Shown here in pieces: positions 27,633 to 45,921 of a DNA stretch of 64,000 nucleotides (its first letter is position 1; the number at the start of each line of letters is the position of its first letter). The position numbers and the translations under genes were made by a program. Origin of the DNA: the human T2T-CHM13v2.0 reference genome, Homo sapiens. The stretch is from the NCBI RefSeq assembly GCF_009914755.1, contig NC_060925.1; one strand, 5' to 3'. The notes under the pieces were generated by a model. The model ran no database searches, was not told the DNA's origin, and worked only from the letters and a program-made list of their open reading frames with translations.

Positions 27633-29277
27633 TCAGACATGAGTATTATGACAATATTCATTTGGCATTTCAGGATCCGAGCGAGGGAAAGCCTAAGCGA
27701 GCTGCTGAGTGGGGCCAGTGGTCCCGGGGCGTCCTGACTTCCAAGGCTCTGGGCCTTCGTGCTGCGGCCAGGAGCGCGTCGCCAAGCGCCTCCCCAAGGG
27801 TCCCCCTGCAGGGGTTCCTGTCCCCTAGGCACAGAGCCCCAAGCCCTGGGCGCAGGCTGCAGCTTCCCCCTGCCTGACCCCGCCAGCCTGCGCCTCCTCA
27901 CCCGGGGACTAGCAGAAGCCTGGGCCCGCGCCTGGCGCTACGACTCCGGTCTTTAGTCTTTGTTTGGAGCACGGGAGAACCTGGGACGGAGGGAGGCATG
28001 ACTTCAATATTCATATCGTTGTTAAATAAACGATTTCCTAATTTGTATCTGTTTCATGCCAGCGTGAAACTTCTGTAGGCAGAGCCGGCTGCGCTGCCAG
28101 CACTTTCTTCTGCTCGTCCCCACCCACCTCTGCCTCCCCCACCCAGCCTTCCCTCGGCAGCAGCGGGGAAGAACAGCCGAGCAGACCAAACAGCCGGGGC
28201 CGCGGGTGGGAGGCTGTTCCCGCAGCTCGTGGCTGGCGTTGGAGAATGTGGAGATTTTCCCATTCATAAAAGGAACGTCTCCGCTTGCCGCCTTCCCGTC
28301 CGCCGCACACCGCCACATCCGCAGCGGGGTAGGGCTGGGTCTGGGGGCGCTGGGTTCCCAGGGGTCTACCCGGGCGCGCTCTCGCCTTTCTCAGGAAACC
28401 CCATTTTGTGAGCGGCACCGCGTGTCCTCTCTCAGTCCGTGCACACAGTTGACCTGGAGCGCGGATGAGCACCCTTGGTTGAAAGGAAGAGACAAAATGG
28501 CTTGTGGTTCAATTCATAAATAAAACCTCACCCTTGGACTTCAGGCTGCCCGACATTTTGGGACTTGGATTTTTTTGCTTTATCGTAGTTTTAGGAAGCG
28601 ACTGTCAGGCCATGTTGCCTATCCATTTCTAAACGACTGGCTTTTTAGGATCCCGTTTTCACCCTTCTATGGCGGTGGGTTGGGGGTGGGGTGTGGAACT
28701 GGAGTGGCCCAGGGAGACGATGGCAGGGGCGGGGCGGGGCAGGTCGTTGTACTGATTCAAGATACAATCTCCATCCAAATAATGGATTGTTATTAACAAT
28801 GATCCTCCCTGCAAAACCCTTAAAATTGCCCCTTGATTCCCTAGCAGCAAGAGGCGAGCCCTTATTCGCTGAGCTGAAGCCTCCTCCCCCCTCCTCCCCA
28901 TTACTCTCTGCTCTGGAAATTACAACTCCTCGGCGCGCCGCGCGGGGAGGCAGCGGCAGCGGCGGGAGGGAGGCGGGGAGGGGATTCCCGAGCCAGCCGG
29001 ACGCTCGCCCTCCGCCCGCCGGCTGCAGCGTCGCGCGGCCCAAGGTCAGAGGCGCCGCAGGAGCAGCAGCTGGGAACCAGGGAAGCGGGTCAATCCCGGC
29101 CGCAGGGAGGAAGCCCCAGGGCGCAGTCAGCCGGCGTCCACAGCCGCCGAGGAGGAGGGTGAGCGGCTGTCTCCGGGCCGGTCGGGTCCCGCCGAGGTGG
29201 CCGCGGCCCCAGCGACCCGGCGGGTGGCGGCCCAGGGGTCGGCGAGCAGGCAGCTGGAGCCCCACCTTCGGCTCCCG

Positions 29278-29306
29278 GGCGCTGTCCGCCGCCTCGTGGT
29301 GCTGAT
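29278..29306 (-). promoter_or_regulatory. Expanded-spacer REST/NRSF RE1-like site
   Basis: Minus strand reads ATCAGCACC-ACGAGGCGGC-GGACAGCGCC. Both RE1 half-sites are near perfect; the spacer is 10 nt instead of 2. Confidence 0.55.
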
Positions 29307-29656
29307 CCCAGCCCCACGGCTGAGCGGCCTTCGCACCTGCCTGTCTCACCTCGCTATCACCCCGATAAGGAGTTGGGCCGGGGCAGAAGGGGGGCCTCGG
29401 GGTAGCCGCCCACCGGAGCCAGGGGCTGAAGCAGCGAGCGCACAGCAGCCCGGCCGCTGGTCCTGGGGTGGAGAGGAGGCGCGCGCTGCAGCCGGCGGCG
29501 GCGCTGGTGCTGATTCATCACCTAAAGCTCCTCGCAGGCCACCGCGAGGGCAGCCGACCGGCTCCGGAATCTGGCCGCAGGTTGAAGCCGCTGGTGCGGG
29601 ACCCTCGGGCAGGAGGTGAGGACCCCCTCCCTTCTCTCGCCCCTCAATCATCTTAG

Positions 29657-30958
<1,302 letters not shown>

Positions 30959-31911
30959 TGACAGAAAGTCGGTCAGAGGGTCAGGCAGGAATTACCTCAC
31001 TCATTAGCCATTCATTCCATCAGATAGTCATTTGACAAACAGGTAAGGGACTCCCGGTACTTTGGACTGGATGCTGGAGATGGGAAGGGTATGGAAAGAT
31101 GACTTATTAGGTCCCCACCCACCCGAGGTTTTAGGATTTATGTAGGCACAGGGCACCCAAAACGCAGACACAGGGCTCTTTTACTCCCAACGTCTGACTA
31201 ATAAGTTACCTTGATGGTCCCTTTTGAGTTAAGGCATGCAGGATCTCCTTTTCCCCTCTGCCACCCTCAGCAACTTATGGCTGGCAATGTGTCCTTGTAT
31301 CTGATACTGCGAGAAAGAGAGGAGCCATCAAAATCTGGTTAGGTCCTTGATCAGACCCCAAGTCAAGACTAGAGTTGGTTTTTCTAACATTCACCTAAAT
31401 TTCCCATCCAAATGCCAAAGATGAGCAATTGGACTCACTTCCCCAGAGGTCAATGAACTAGGCCTGGCAGAGTTAGAATCTTGTGGGAAGGACCCCTAAC
31501 CGCCTCTGGAACTTCAGACACCAATTATTCCTTGTAGTCTTACCAGTAAACAGTCACCGCAGAGGCAAGAGGTCTCCACACAGCCCAGCCAGAAATATAT
31601 ATTTGAATTGAGGAGGAAAATAAAGTAATTGGCCAAGGCTATCCAACTGGAAATAAGCAAAAAGGTGAGCACAGATGAGAGGAAGAGACTAAGAGACTAA
31701 CCATTCCTATATAGATTTGTTGTTCATATATAGTTACTCTATAGTATTATCTGCTATAATGAGCATACGTTGTTATTATAATTTAACATTTTAGAATAAC
31801 AAATTAGAAAAAACAAACATGAAACACTTTAGGAATCCACCTTTAAGAGGAGAATTTGCATAATACATATGAAAAAAAGATAAATATGCAGTCAAATCCC
31901 TAGTTCTAGAG

Positions 31912-32132
31912 CAGTAGTTCTCAACTGTGTCCAATTTTCACCCCTTACCCCAACCCCTCCCCAACATTTGGCAATGTCTGGGGACATTTTTAGTTATCAC
32001 ACCTAGAAGGTGCCACTGGAATCTAGTGGATAGAGGCCAGGGAAGCTGATAAACATTCTACAGTGCACAGGAAAACTCCCCAAAACAATTATCCAGCCCC
32101 AAATGTCAACAGTGCTCTGGAGAGAAATCCTG
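31912..32132. mobile_element. MER20 (hAT-Charlie)
   Basis: CAGTAGTTCTCAAC...CATTTGGCAATGTCTGG...CCAAATGTCAACAGTG...AAATCCTG. hAT-type 8-bp flanks TTCTAGAG/CTCTATAG. Confidence 0.8.
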
Positions 32133-33958
32133 CTCTATAGTTACACAGACCTGTATCCAAATCTTAGGACTTGCAATTTACTAGCTGTATGAGTCTAGGC
32201 ACAATTTAAAACCCATTGGAAAAAAATACCAAACTTAAGACAATTGCGGTAAGGATTAAGTATAATACTGTATGTTTAGCCTCTAGCAAAGCACCTTAAA
32301 TATAATTGATAAATAACATTAAATGTTGCTGCTTATTGTATAATCCTAATACCTAAAACCAGTGAATTTGCAGAAAGCTACAGGGAAGTAGCAAAGAGTG
32401 CTTATTTGGCCTCACTGACTTGGTTAGCTAGAGAAAACATGAGCTGGCAACTTTTGGTAGTGTTTATGCTGAGTCCTAAAATAGCTTTGAGCTGAATCAG
32501 AATTGTTGCCTTGAATTAGTTATCATTCATATGATATTTTGTTGCATATTGCTTCACAGTAATTGTAGCTATCTTGCTTATTTCATCTTTTAAGTGAATA
32601 AACATCATTTTACAAATAAATTATTTGTAAAAAGGGCTGTGACCAATTACCAAGACAAGAAGTACAGATTCCAAATCTCACATTCAGATTTCACAAACTG
32701 CTAAATCTTCACAGCTTAGAGAGACAAAACTAATTCTGAGTGTTGCCACTCAGATGTTCAGAATTAGTGAAGAGTGGAAACCAAAGAGAGTTGAGATGAG
32801 AATTTGCAATTGTAAGAGAAATTAACTGTCTTACATGGAAAAGTGAGTTAGATAATGAGCTATGGTTTAAAGAACTAAGGTTATACAGGAAAAATCATTG
32901 GTCATCCCTGGCTTGGTGTCAACAGCAGTTTTATAAAATTTCTATCCTCAGCCAACAATGCAAAGTTATGAGGAAATTTGGGAAGCACATGTGATATTTG
33001 CCCCCTCGAGTGGGCAGTGTAAACTGTGGGAATATGACTATGCAGGATCTCAATTTTGTGACATCCTCCTAAATCCAGAAGGAACACTACAAGTTACTTT
33101 TGTGAACGCCTGTTTTCAAGAATGAATAGAAGTGCTGCTGTTCTTCTTCAGCAGGTGCTGTTGATTTCTACAGAAAGGGAAACTACTGAGTGCTTATTAT
33201 GAGCATTTCACCTGGGGGCTGGCAATCAAAAGAAATGATCAATGGGAGAGCCTTGGTCAAACACTGTTGGTCTTGCTTTGTGGCTGGGCATCTAGACCAG
33301 TATGTATGCTGTGAGGGTGGCTACTTTTGAAAGACAAACTAGAACCCTCCATTAAGACTCCCACTGTTGGCAATTTAAGTTTTTCAGTAAAACATGAAGT
33401 CTCTGGATTTTGTTGTTGTTATCTAAAAATCTCAGAACCTTGACAAGGCCTCATTGCATCACCAGAACTAGAATTGGGACAGCAACATTTCTCTAACATT
33501 CCTGTGATTAAAGAAGCCATCATCAAAGCCTTGCTTTAATTTTTCTCTGGTGTTACTGCAGCTTACCTTCTGATTAGTGATTCTTAAGTAAAGAGACATA
33601 TATGTGACACTGAAATCTATTTTAAAATAAGATTATCACCTTTTAAAAGCAGTGTAAAAAACTTTAGGTCTTGGCTAAACACATTTCTGTATGAATTTCT
33701 TGGGAGAGGATTAACTGTTTCAAAGAGCTTCTGATGTGAAGATGGGATAGGGAAGGGTAACTGTACAGGAGAGCTTTTGGTTGTTTGCTTCTTGATTATG
33801 AAAATCTGTTTTTCCTGAAGCTGGAGAAAAGGGTTACTGTGTACCATAGCTCTTTCCTAGTGTGACATGCCACAGAATGTCAACATCTATAACTCCTCAC
33901 TCAGGGAGAACTCTGACCTGCTGGGTGCAGATGGCCAGCTCTGAATTAAACTGGGTAG

Positions 33959-34485
<527 letters not shown>

Positions 34486-34820
34486 GTCTTTTTTTTTTTT
34501 AAGAGATAGGGTCTTACTACATTGCCCAGGCTTGTCTCCAACTCCTGGCCTTAAGTGATCTTCCTGCCTTGGCTTCCCAAAGTGCTAGAGTTACAGGTGT
34601 GGGCCACTGCACCCAGCCAACTCTCACGTCTTAAGGCTCTGCCAAAGGGCAGGTGGCTTCTCAGCCTGCTGTCTTACCTTATTTTGTAAAAAGGGTATGT
34701 TAGGCTTTAAAGGCTCAGAGGAAACACCTCTTCTATTAAAAGGGATAATACATACGTGACAAAGAACATGGAGTCATAGTTGCACTGTGATCACAGGTAA
34801 AAATATTTTAATATTTGTAA

Positions 34821-37237
<2,417 letters not shown>

Positions 37238-37529
37238 TGAGTTGCTTTATCTTCTCTTTGAAGACTATTTATATAGAGAAATATAAGAAATTAAAAGTTG
37301 AAGACAACCTCAAAGGCTGTGAATGAACAATCCTCCTGTCACTATTCATGAATATATTTCATAATGTTTGCTGTGGTGGTCACTGTGTCGTTAAGGTATT
37401 GTTATATTTTTAGCCTGCAATGGAAGGGCTTTTATGCCAGTAGACATTCATGGTGATGGAGCTTACATGTAGAAATCAACAATATAGAGTGTTCTAGATG
37501 GGAGGAATCTCTTAATTCCTGAAACAGAC

Positions 37530-37922
37530 CAGGGAAAGGGTCAGCAAACTGTGGCCCACTCCCTGTTTTTGTAAATAAAATTTTATTGAAACACGGCCAC
37601 ACTCATTTATTTACTATTGCTAATGGTTGCTTTTGGCCATGTTTGCTTTTGGAAGAGTTGAGTGGTTGCAACAGAGATGATGTGGTCTGTAAAACTGAAA
37701 GTATTTACTATCTGGCCCTTCATAGAAAATAATTTGCTCTCCTTTAGATTGCAGCCTTGTTGGTCGCAATCTAAGTGTGGGCCTCCACCCTGCAGCATCA
37801 GCATCAACCTGGGAGCTCACTGAAAATGCAGAATTTTTAATCTCAAACAGTTCTGCTGACTCATGATTTGTGTTTTAGCAAGATTCTAGGTGATTTGCAT
37901 GTACATTAAACTTTGAAATGCC
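37530..37922. mobile_element. MER58A-like (37530-37745) and MER5A-like (37755-37922) hAT relics
   Basis: GGGTCAGCAAACTGTGGCCC...TTTACTATCTGGCCCTT; CAGCATCAGCATCAACCTGGGAGCT. Confidence 0.65.
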
Positions 37923-38677
37923 CTAATGGGACTGCTTTTAGAGCTCCAGGGTGCTAGGCCCATGACTTTCACTGAAAGTCATCTGAGAAGTGGATGTGTC
38001 TCCTCTAGGGGGCCTGAGAGCTTTGAACTAGTGTCTTATTTAGTTACCCTGGGCACCAGTCAGGATCTTTAGGTTACACAAACTCTGGGTACTGGGAAAC
38101 CATATGGTGCTCAAAGACCACCTGGCCCAGAGATGGGCAGGAATCTCTAAGGGGTGGGAAGTGTCTGCAAATCTGTATGAGTCTTCTTGAGTTAGAGCAG
38201 AGGGGCCTGAGGAGAAAGAAATTCTGGAGAAATGCTTTCTGCTGCTTTCCTGGGATTTAAAATAAACCTACTTAGCTGTTTGTACCTTGGGTTTCATATT
38301 AGTTTGGGTCTTAGTTGTTCTCTAAATCAGCAAAGAGAATGCTTTATCCACTCTTTAGCCATTTTCGGTGGGGGTGCTGCCCAGGTAGTGGTGGAGGTTA
38401 TGACAATCATAACAAGGGAACCTCAGGAATAGCAGAGAATCCAGACAGACATTGGGAGGGGGCTTTAGCAAATTCCTTCCTCCAAGTTTGGAATTTCCTT
38501 TTGTGAAGTTCTTGATGTGAAACTGAGGGTTTCAAAATGTTTATTTTCTAGGGTCTGCTGTTTTCTAACAGAGATTATGAGTCGCAACCTCTTCATTTTG
38601 CAGATGAGGAAACTTGAGAAGAAGGGGTTTGCTAAACTTGTACAGCAAGTTGTGAAATGATTTTGCAAAAAAACAAG

Positions 38678-38982
38678 TCTGGGCATGGTGGTTGATGCCT
38701 GTGATCCCAGCACTTTGGAAGGCAGAGGCGGGCGAATTGCTTGAGGCCAAGAGTTTGAGACTAGGCTAGCCAACAGAGAGAGACTGCTTCTCTATAAAAA
38801 ATAAAAGCATTTAGCCAAGGATGGTGACACGTGCCTGTAGTCCCAGCTACTCAAGAGGCTGAGGCAGAGGGAATGCTTGAGCCCAGGCTGTGGTGTGCTA
38901 TGATTGCAGCGCTGCACTCTAGCCTGGGCAACAGAGCAAGACCCCAACTCTAAAAACAAACAAACCAACAAACCAACAAAAA
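38678..38982 (+). mobile_element. AluJ
   Basis: Sense Alu dimer with (AAAC)n tail. Confidence 0.85.
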
Positions 38983-39899
38983 CGGCCCCCTTTATTGCTC
39001 CTCACTGTACATTTTGAATAACTGTAAAAATGCAACAGAATGCTATATGTATATTTGAACAAAAACAGATGCCTATGGCATCAGCTGAGGAGTAGTTATG
39101 CATAGAAGAAATAAAGCATTAGCTGACAGCTATTTTTAAAAGTGGGGGGAACAGAGATGGAGCACAACCTCTCATTCAACTGGAATGGGGCAGCAGGAAA
39201 AGGGAATCGAAGGTGGGGACGGGATGGGGGAGCTTCAATGTCCTGTTTGGGACGAATAAGGCAAGAGTTTGGGGGCCAGAAGGGATGTGAGAGAGATCAC
39301 TAGCGTTCCCTCTCTATTTTACATATGGCTACAGTGGCTACAGAAAGGAGATGTGGTGTGGAGGAGAGAGAGGGTGTGAAAGGATTCACAAGGACAGGGC
39401 AAGGTGAGCTGGGTTCTGGGAACCAGGAGTGTGGATGAGGCCTCAGTGACAGACGTATCAGACAGGATGTGGACACCTGCCAGCACTCACTCCAGAAGGA
39501 GAGGCTGGGCCTTAGTCACATGACATCTAAAAAAATCTGTCCAGACGGTGCATAGTTGTAAAAAATTAGGTCAAGGTTGTGTTAGGAAATTTAGACACAT
39601 ACTTGTATTTACTCAATCTCTCAATCCTTATAGTTTGATTCTGGATGATATCTATAAAACCAGGAAACCAGTGAACTATGAATACTCAGAAACAACAAGC
39701 CTCCTAAAATGAAGAGATGAGACTTTCTCTCACTCGATAAATTATTTGTTGCCTTATGGTTGGCTTTACCTATCAGCTGAGCTGTGTACCCACAACTAAA
39801 AGTCATCTCTAACACTTACTATAACGTAAATACTGATGCTGTCTCTTGACCATTACAGCCTTTTTCTGAGCTGATGCTGCTAATGATTATTTCTCTTTC

Positions 39900-41460
39900 A
39901 ATTCACCTAATTACTCATTCAGTCAATGAGGACATCTTGAATGCCTATATATCATATCAGACACAGTTCTAAACACTGAGACCACCGATGGAATTTTCTT
40001 TCCTCAAAGAACATAAATCTAGTCACAAGAGAAAGAAAATTGACAAGTAAATGAACAAATAAATAAGCTGGATAGTGATAAATACCAAGATGGAAATAAA
40101 AACAATGTGATAAAAAATACTTAGGCAGGGCCAGACACAGTGTCCCATGCCTATAATCCTAACAATTTGGGAGGCTGAGGCAGGTGGATTTCTTGAGGCC
40201 AGGGGTTCAAAACCAGCCAGGGTAACATAACGAGACCTTGTCTGTATTTTAAAATACCAATAGTACTTAGGCAGACCTCTTTGGCAGAAAAGTTGAAAAA
40301 CAATCACTGAGGAGGATGTATTCAAGCTAAGACTTGAAGACTGGATGGGAAAGAACCAGCCTTGCAGGATTCTGAAGGCAGCACATTTCACAGAGAAGAC
40401 AAGGGCCAAGAACCAGGGGCAGGTGACGCCTGGTGTGTTTAAACGACAGAAATGGGCCAGTGTGCTTGGGGCATAATGAAACAGATGAATAAGGGGCAGA
40501 AGCAGAGAGCTAGGCAGAGAGGCAGAAGTGTACAGGGCCTGGCGGGCCATGCAGAACAGGTTGAATTTAATAGTAAGTGCTATGGGTAACCATCAGAAGG
40601 ATTTAAGCTGGGGTGTGATGTTTCTTTTCTAAAAGAGCTCTCTGACGGTGGTTTGGAAAATGGATAGTAGGGGGACAAGAGTGGAGGCAGGATGTGTAAT
40701 TAGAAGCTGTTGCAGCAGTTTGGGCCATAAATATGGGGACTTGAATTAGGAGAGAGGCAGCAGAAATGGAGAGAGGCTTATGCATTCATATCCTGCTGGG
40801 GGTTCTCTGAGCTTCTTGGACTTTTGGTTTGGTGTCTTCTATTATTTTTGGAAAATTTTTATGTACTATCTCTTCAGAAAATTCTCCTTCTCTATCCTCT
40901 CTCTTTCTCTTTCTCTCTCTCATCCTTCCAGAATTCCAATAACACATATATTAGATTGCTTGCTATTGTCACACAGTTCTTGGATGATCTCTTCTTTTTT
41001 CTTTTGTCTTATTTTCTTTTTTTTTTTTTTTTTCTATTTAGAGACAGGGTCTCATTGTGTTTCCCAGGCTGTAGTGCAGTGGCACAATCATAGTTCACTG
41101 CAACCTTGAACTCCTAGGTTCAAACAATCCTCCTGCCTCAGCCTTCCAAGTAGCTAGGACTAGAGGCACATGCCATCATGCCTAGCAAATTTGCTAATTT
41201 TTTTTTTTTTTTGTAGAGGTTGCATTTTGCTATGTTGCCTAGGCTGGTCTCAATCTCCTGGCCTCAAATGTCTCCTACCTTAGCCACCCAAAGTGTTGGG
41301 ATTATAGGCATAAGCCACCATGTCCAGCCTTTTATTTTACTTTTAGTCTTTTTTCTTTAATCACTTTTTTTGTTTCTTTGTGTTACAGTTGGGGTAACTT
41401 CTATTGACTTCCATTTCACTGGTTATTTTTTAGGCTGTGGCAAGTCTAGTGATTAGCCCC
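39900..41460. mobile_element. L2 relic (39900-40780, with FLAM 40129-40255) and L1M fragment (40780-41460, with antisense AluJ 41005-41329)
   Basis: Diverged L2 and L1 motifs; the Alu sequences are clear. Confidence 0.6.
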
Positions 41461-42227
41461 TCTCCCTCTCCCTTCTCTGTCTCCACTCTGCATTTTCTCA
41501 GATGTCCTGCCCTTTCCCCAACAGTCTGTCCCGTCTAATGCTATGGGCCTGTGTCTCTTTTCTCTATCTTACCCAGGAAGAAAGAGTTTTTTCATTTCCC
41601 TTCCCTCAGCTACTAGAGGTCTTTGCTGTGCTCTGGGAGGTTGTTTTTCTTTCTTTTTAAGTTATGCTTTCTTGAAATTTATAAACCCTTGCAAACTGCC
41701 TTATGCCCTTTTTGAAACTAATAAATGCATAAATAAACAAAATAAGTAGTCTACTTGAATACAACCAAAGAGAGCTAGGATCTTCTGGAAAGACTCATTA
41801 AGATAGTCCCCTAGTTGTGAGCAGTGCTGCAGTCACTGCTAGAAAAACTGAATGCTGCTTGGAAATGTTTGGATCAAGAAACAGAGATCTTCTTGGTCCT
41901 GCAGCCATGCCACTGCTCCCTGCCAGTCCCACACAATAAAGAGAACTTTGCCTGGTGCAGACAGTGCAGCCATTCATCATATTTCAAGTTTCATGTGAAT
42001 GTCACCACACACCATCAGGTTGCTGGGAGGGCGTGAGTTTTACCTCTCACATTGGTTTCCTTCACTGAACTATCTGCAGCTATCAGTGATGAGTGTTTGT
42101 CCTGCACACAGTACTGTCTCCCCAGCAGGGTTCTACACCTGTAACCTACTGGGAATATGAAGATGCACAGAAGGGGACATCAGGGCACACCAAAGGCAGG
42201 AAGACCCTGCAGGGGGATCTCAGGAAG

Positions 42228-42657
42228 TGTGAGAGGTCTGAGTTTTTAGCCTACTTACAAGCCAACAAATTAGCCTGCCAGAGTTTCGTGGGTGCAGTCA
42301 GAAGACATTAGACTCCTAATTCAGAGATGGAGAACAGTTTATTACTCACAGCAACAGCAGGAGCCAGAACATCCACATATTGGGCCAGTTCCCATAAGGG
42401 GATGTGAAGAGGGCTAGATCATGACACCCGCACACGCAGCCGGCTGCATTACAGGAGAGGAGCCTTGAGCTTAGCGAACCCCAATCTTTTTACAAAGGGC
42501 AGTAAACAGCAGCCCATTGCTCCGAAGGGAGATACCGTCTCTATCTTCCAAGGCTGTCCTCATCCTTAGAAACATAGCCCAGAACAAAGAGCAGTCAGTG
42601 CCTCACTTACAAGATGTGGAGAAACACCAGAAACCCATGGAAAATTATCTTCCACCA
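42228..42657 (-). mobile_element. ERV solo LTR (LTR47-like, tentative)
   Basis: TGTGAGAGGTCTGAG...CTTCCACCA termini. TTTATT (minus-strand AATAAA) at ~42338. Confidence 0.6.
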
Positions 42658-43768
42658 GGAGAATTAAGTGAAAATTCAAATAGATCCTTGAGTGATTCCT
42701 GCCATTTGGGCCTCATGTGCATTGTGGGTAACTTCCCGAGGCTCCTCTGGTTTGCAAAATATCTTCTTTCAATTGGGGGCCACAGGTCTCAGGGCATCTG
42801 GGCAAAGCAAGGAGGATCTGTATTGTCATCTGTCAGGCTTCTTGCATCTTTGGGGTTTGCTGGGTGTCATGGGAGGGTGGAATGTGGGACCCAGCTAAAG
42901 TTTCCCAGTTAAAGCTGTTCAATTAAGGTGGCTTTCATTCCTGAGTCCATCTGTGTCCCTTCCAGGATGTGAAGGAGAAATGTCGTCTTGTGGCTTTCCA
43001 TATTATCCAGTCAAAACAATCCACTGGTTAAGAATTCTTTGAGTGCCTCCTGTAATCCATGGGCTGTGCTGCAGACACACATAAAACAGGCCACAAGACA
43101 GCTCACAGCCTGCTGCAGGAGACCATTGTACAGCCAACCTGATGTATATGCGCCTGATATGAAAAGTGGAATAAGTGCCCTCCTTGTGATGTGAATAAAC
43201 AGATGGGGGAAGAGTGAAGAGAAGGCAGTGAATTTCCCCCAGAGATTAGGAAGGGGAAGAGGGAAAGAGTGGTAAGTGGGGAAACTGAAGATAAGATGAT
43301 GCTTGAGCTGGGGTCATGGATGGTGAGTAGGTTCATTATTCAGGAAAGAAAGAAAAACTTAGCTGTACATCATTGCATGAGGCATTAAAGAAGATGTTTA
43401 AAATATAGTTCCTGTTCAAACAGCCAGTTGATTATCTGCTGGTAGAGTGCCAGGGATTCATCCATATTTACACAAAGCAGAGAAACATTGATGAATATGA
43501 TGCCATGTCTAATAAAAATGAAGGAACTCAGACTACCAATCCTTTGAGTATCTGAGCTAACATACTGGATCTGGAGACAATGGGGGAAAAGGATGGGATA
43601 AATAGATTCAGAAGCCAAATTTAAGGGGACATCTAACTTGACAGGCAAAGAAGGATTAAACTTTAGCCTCATTTAAATTTCAGTGAAGAACAGGAATAGC
43701 CAGGCTATAATCTTTTTGAATTTTCTTGTAAATTTCAGTCATTTTACCCTGTTTGCCAATACAATCTG

Positions 43769-43770
<2 letters not shown>

Positions 43771-43804
<34 letters not shown>
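43771..43804 (+). repeat. (A)34 mononucleotide run
   Basis: Counted directly. Confidence 0.95.
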
Positions 43805-43805
<1 letters not shown>

Positions 43806-45921
43806 ACCTTTCAAACATCTCAATTTGCTCAGCTAAGTTAAGGGGCTAGAGATGGGGAGAAAGGGGTAAAAACAAAAGAAGTGAGGAAACCGTAACATAA
43901 GAGATTCCCAGGAGGAAAAGGGCAGGGATATGGACTTACTTTAAAAGAAGGCTGATTTTGGTCATTTAAATGGACAGGAGGGCTCATCTCACCACTTATG
44001 CACAAGAAATCAAGAACAACACCAGAGCACAAATAATTGGTGCTAAAATATGTGGAACCATCCTTAGGTATGAATGAGCACGGAGCAGAGACTAGAGAGA
44101 TGGGAGTTGAGTTGGGTTTCAAAGGATTGGAAGGATGGGGTAGGGGGTGCATAATTTGACGACAGAGAGAAAGCTCTAAGACAAATTCTCATCAGACACC
44201 TATTGTCACAGAACTAATTCTATTGTTGTTACAAGAGACCGGAGCTGACCTGATGCTAAAGAAGCAGTTTGGTTGCCGGGCGATGAGAACCTCCCCTGGC
44301 TTGGCTCAGCAAATGGTCTTGATACATTGGCAAAGTCAGAAGTCTGGTCCTGGGGCTTCATGCATCAGACATCCCATCCCAGGCTTGTTCTTGGTGTTAT
44401 CAGAGCATGAGCTGATTACTCTCTGGTCTCTAGCCTTTCTTCACGGAAGTGAGACTTGCTGTGCCCAATTATACTTTCCTGCCAAATGGGATATTCTTAC
44501 AGTCTCCATGGGCATTTTTACTAATAACTCCAGACAGCTTTAAAAATAAAATCCCATCTTGATTAGACTTTTACACCCATCAATGTGTCTTGCAGCTAAC
44601 AGAAACTTACAGGATCTCTTTCTTTTTAAGACCAGCTTTATACATCATATGCATAAATAACACTATATTTTGAACACTTTGAGAACAAGGACTATGTATT
44701 ATTTATCTTTGTAATCCCAGTACCCATCAGAGCATCTGACACCCAGTCAAGCACAAGAAACATCTATTTAATAAATGAATAGGACTTAACACTAAAATGT
44801 ATTCTAATATCCATGCCATAAAGTATGATTTCAGAGCAGTCCCTATGAACTATTTGTTGAATCATAGAATAGAATGATTCATAAAGGAAGGGTCATTCCT
44901 GGGGACAGTATGGAAAATGAGAAGAGGAGGAATTATGCATTTTCCAGGGCCCCATATTGAAAAGAGCCATCCATGCTCATTAGCATGGCTCTCCCCTCCC
45001 TCCTTATGTGTGGTAATCATGTGAGAAACAGTCAGCTGAGCTTGTGACATGAAAAAAGCTGGCTGGGAAATGTTGGCATGACTTTTCCCAGATGTTAGCA
45101 CTGCTTCAACTTTTGAGAGAACACTCTGAGTGTAAGTTTACTAGACTGACATTACTAAAATCATTGGTGCTATAGAGGCAGGAGAATACGGGGAATAAGA
45201 AAGCCAGTTGCAAGCCAACAATCCTAAAACTCCTCCTTTTGCCATGGACTGACGGCATATTAAATGAGATCATGCATTTTAAGGAATTAACAGTGTACAC
45301 CACATGTGCGTGTTCAATAAAAGAAAGCCACTATTATCATCACGATTATTATTGAGCGTCAAGGCTGAGAATGCTGTGAAAGGAGGGAATTGCTTTCCTG
45401 TCCAAGGCTGGGCACAAAACAATCTTAGTGACGGTGTCCTCTTGGGGTAGGGCTAAGAAGCAGCGTTTAACCTAATTGAGCTCACTGGCCCCTTGGCAAG
45501 GCCACTTCCCCTCCTCACACTGAACGGGTGCCTAGAAAGATCTATTCTGGGATTGCCTGGACCAGCTTTCTGCTCCATCATTGGCTGATATAATGGAAAG
45601 ATGATTGGAATTTAAATAAAAAGATCCGTGTTCCATTTGGAACTATACGTCTTTGGATATGTTTCTTAACCACTCTCGGCCAGTTTCCTTACACACAAAA
45701 TGCTGGTGTGAGGATGAAGTCAGATGAGGTTAGTAAAAGGTTCCTATTACACCTTCGGGGCACTCAGTTTATTCCTGAAAATATGAGAAATTTGGCCTGC
45801 TTCCCTTGTGTCCTAGAGAGCCCAACACCCATTTTTATGATGTGGAGAAAGAGTATATGCAATATGATTTTCTGTGAATATATATGTAAGGGTATGTATT
45901 AGGAGGTAAAGCTGTACATAA

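Noticed and set aside
44960-45325. Short hairpins (CCATGCT-CATT-AGCATGG; CTGGGAAA...TTTCCCAG) and AATAAA at ~45316
   Set aside because: Stems are too short to call a structured RNA or miRNA, and no supporting exon was identified.
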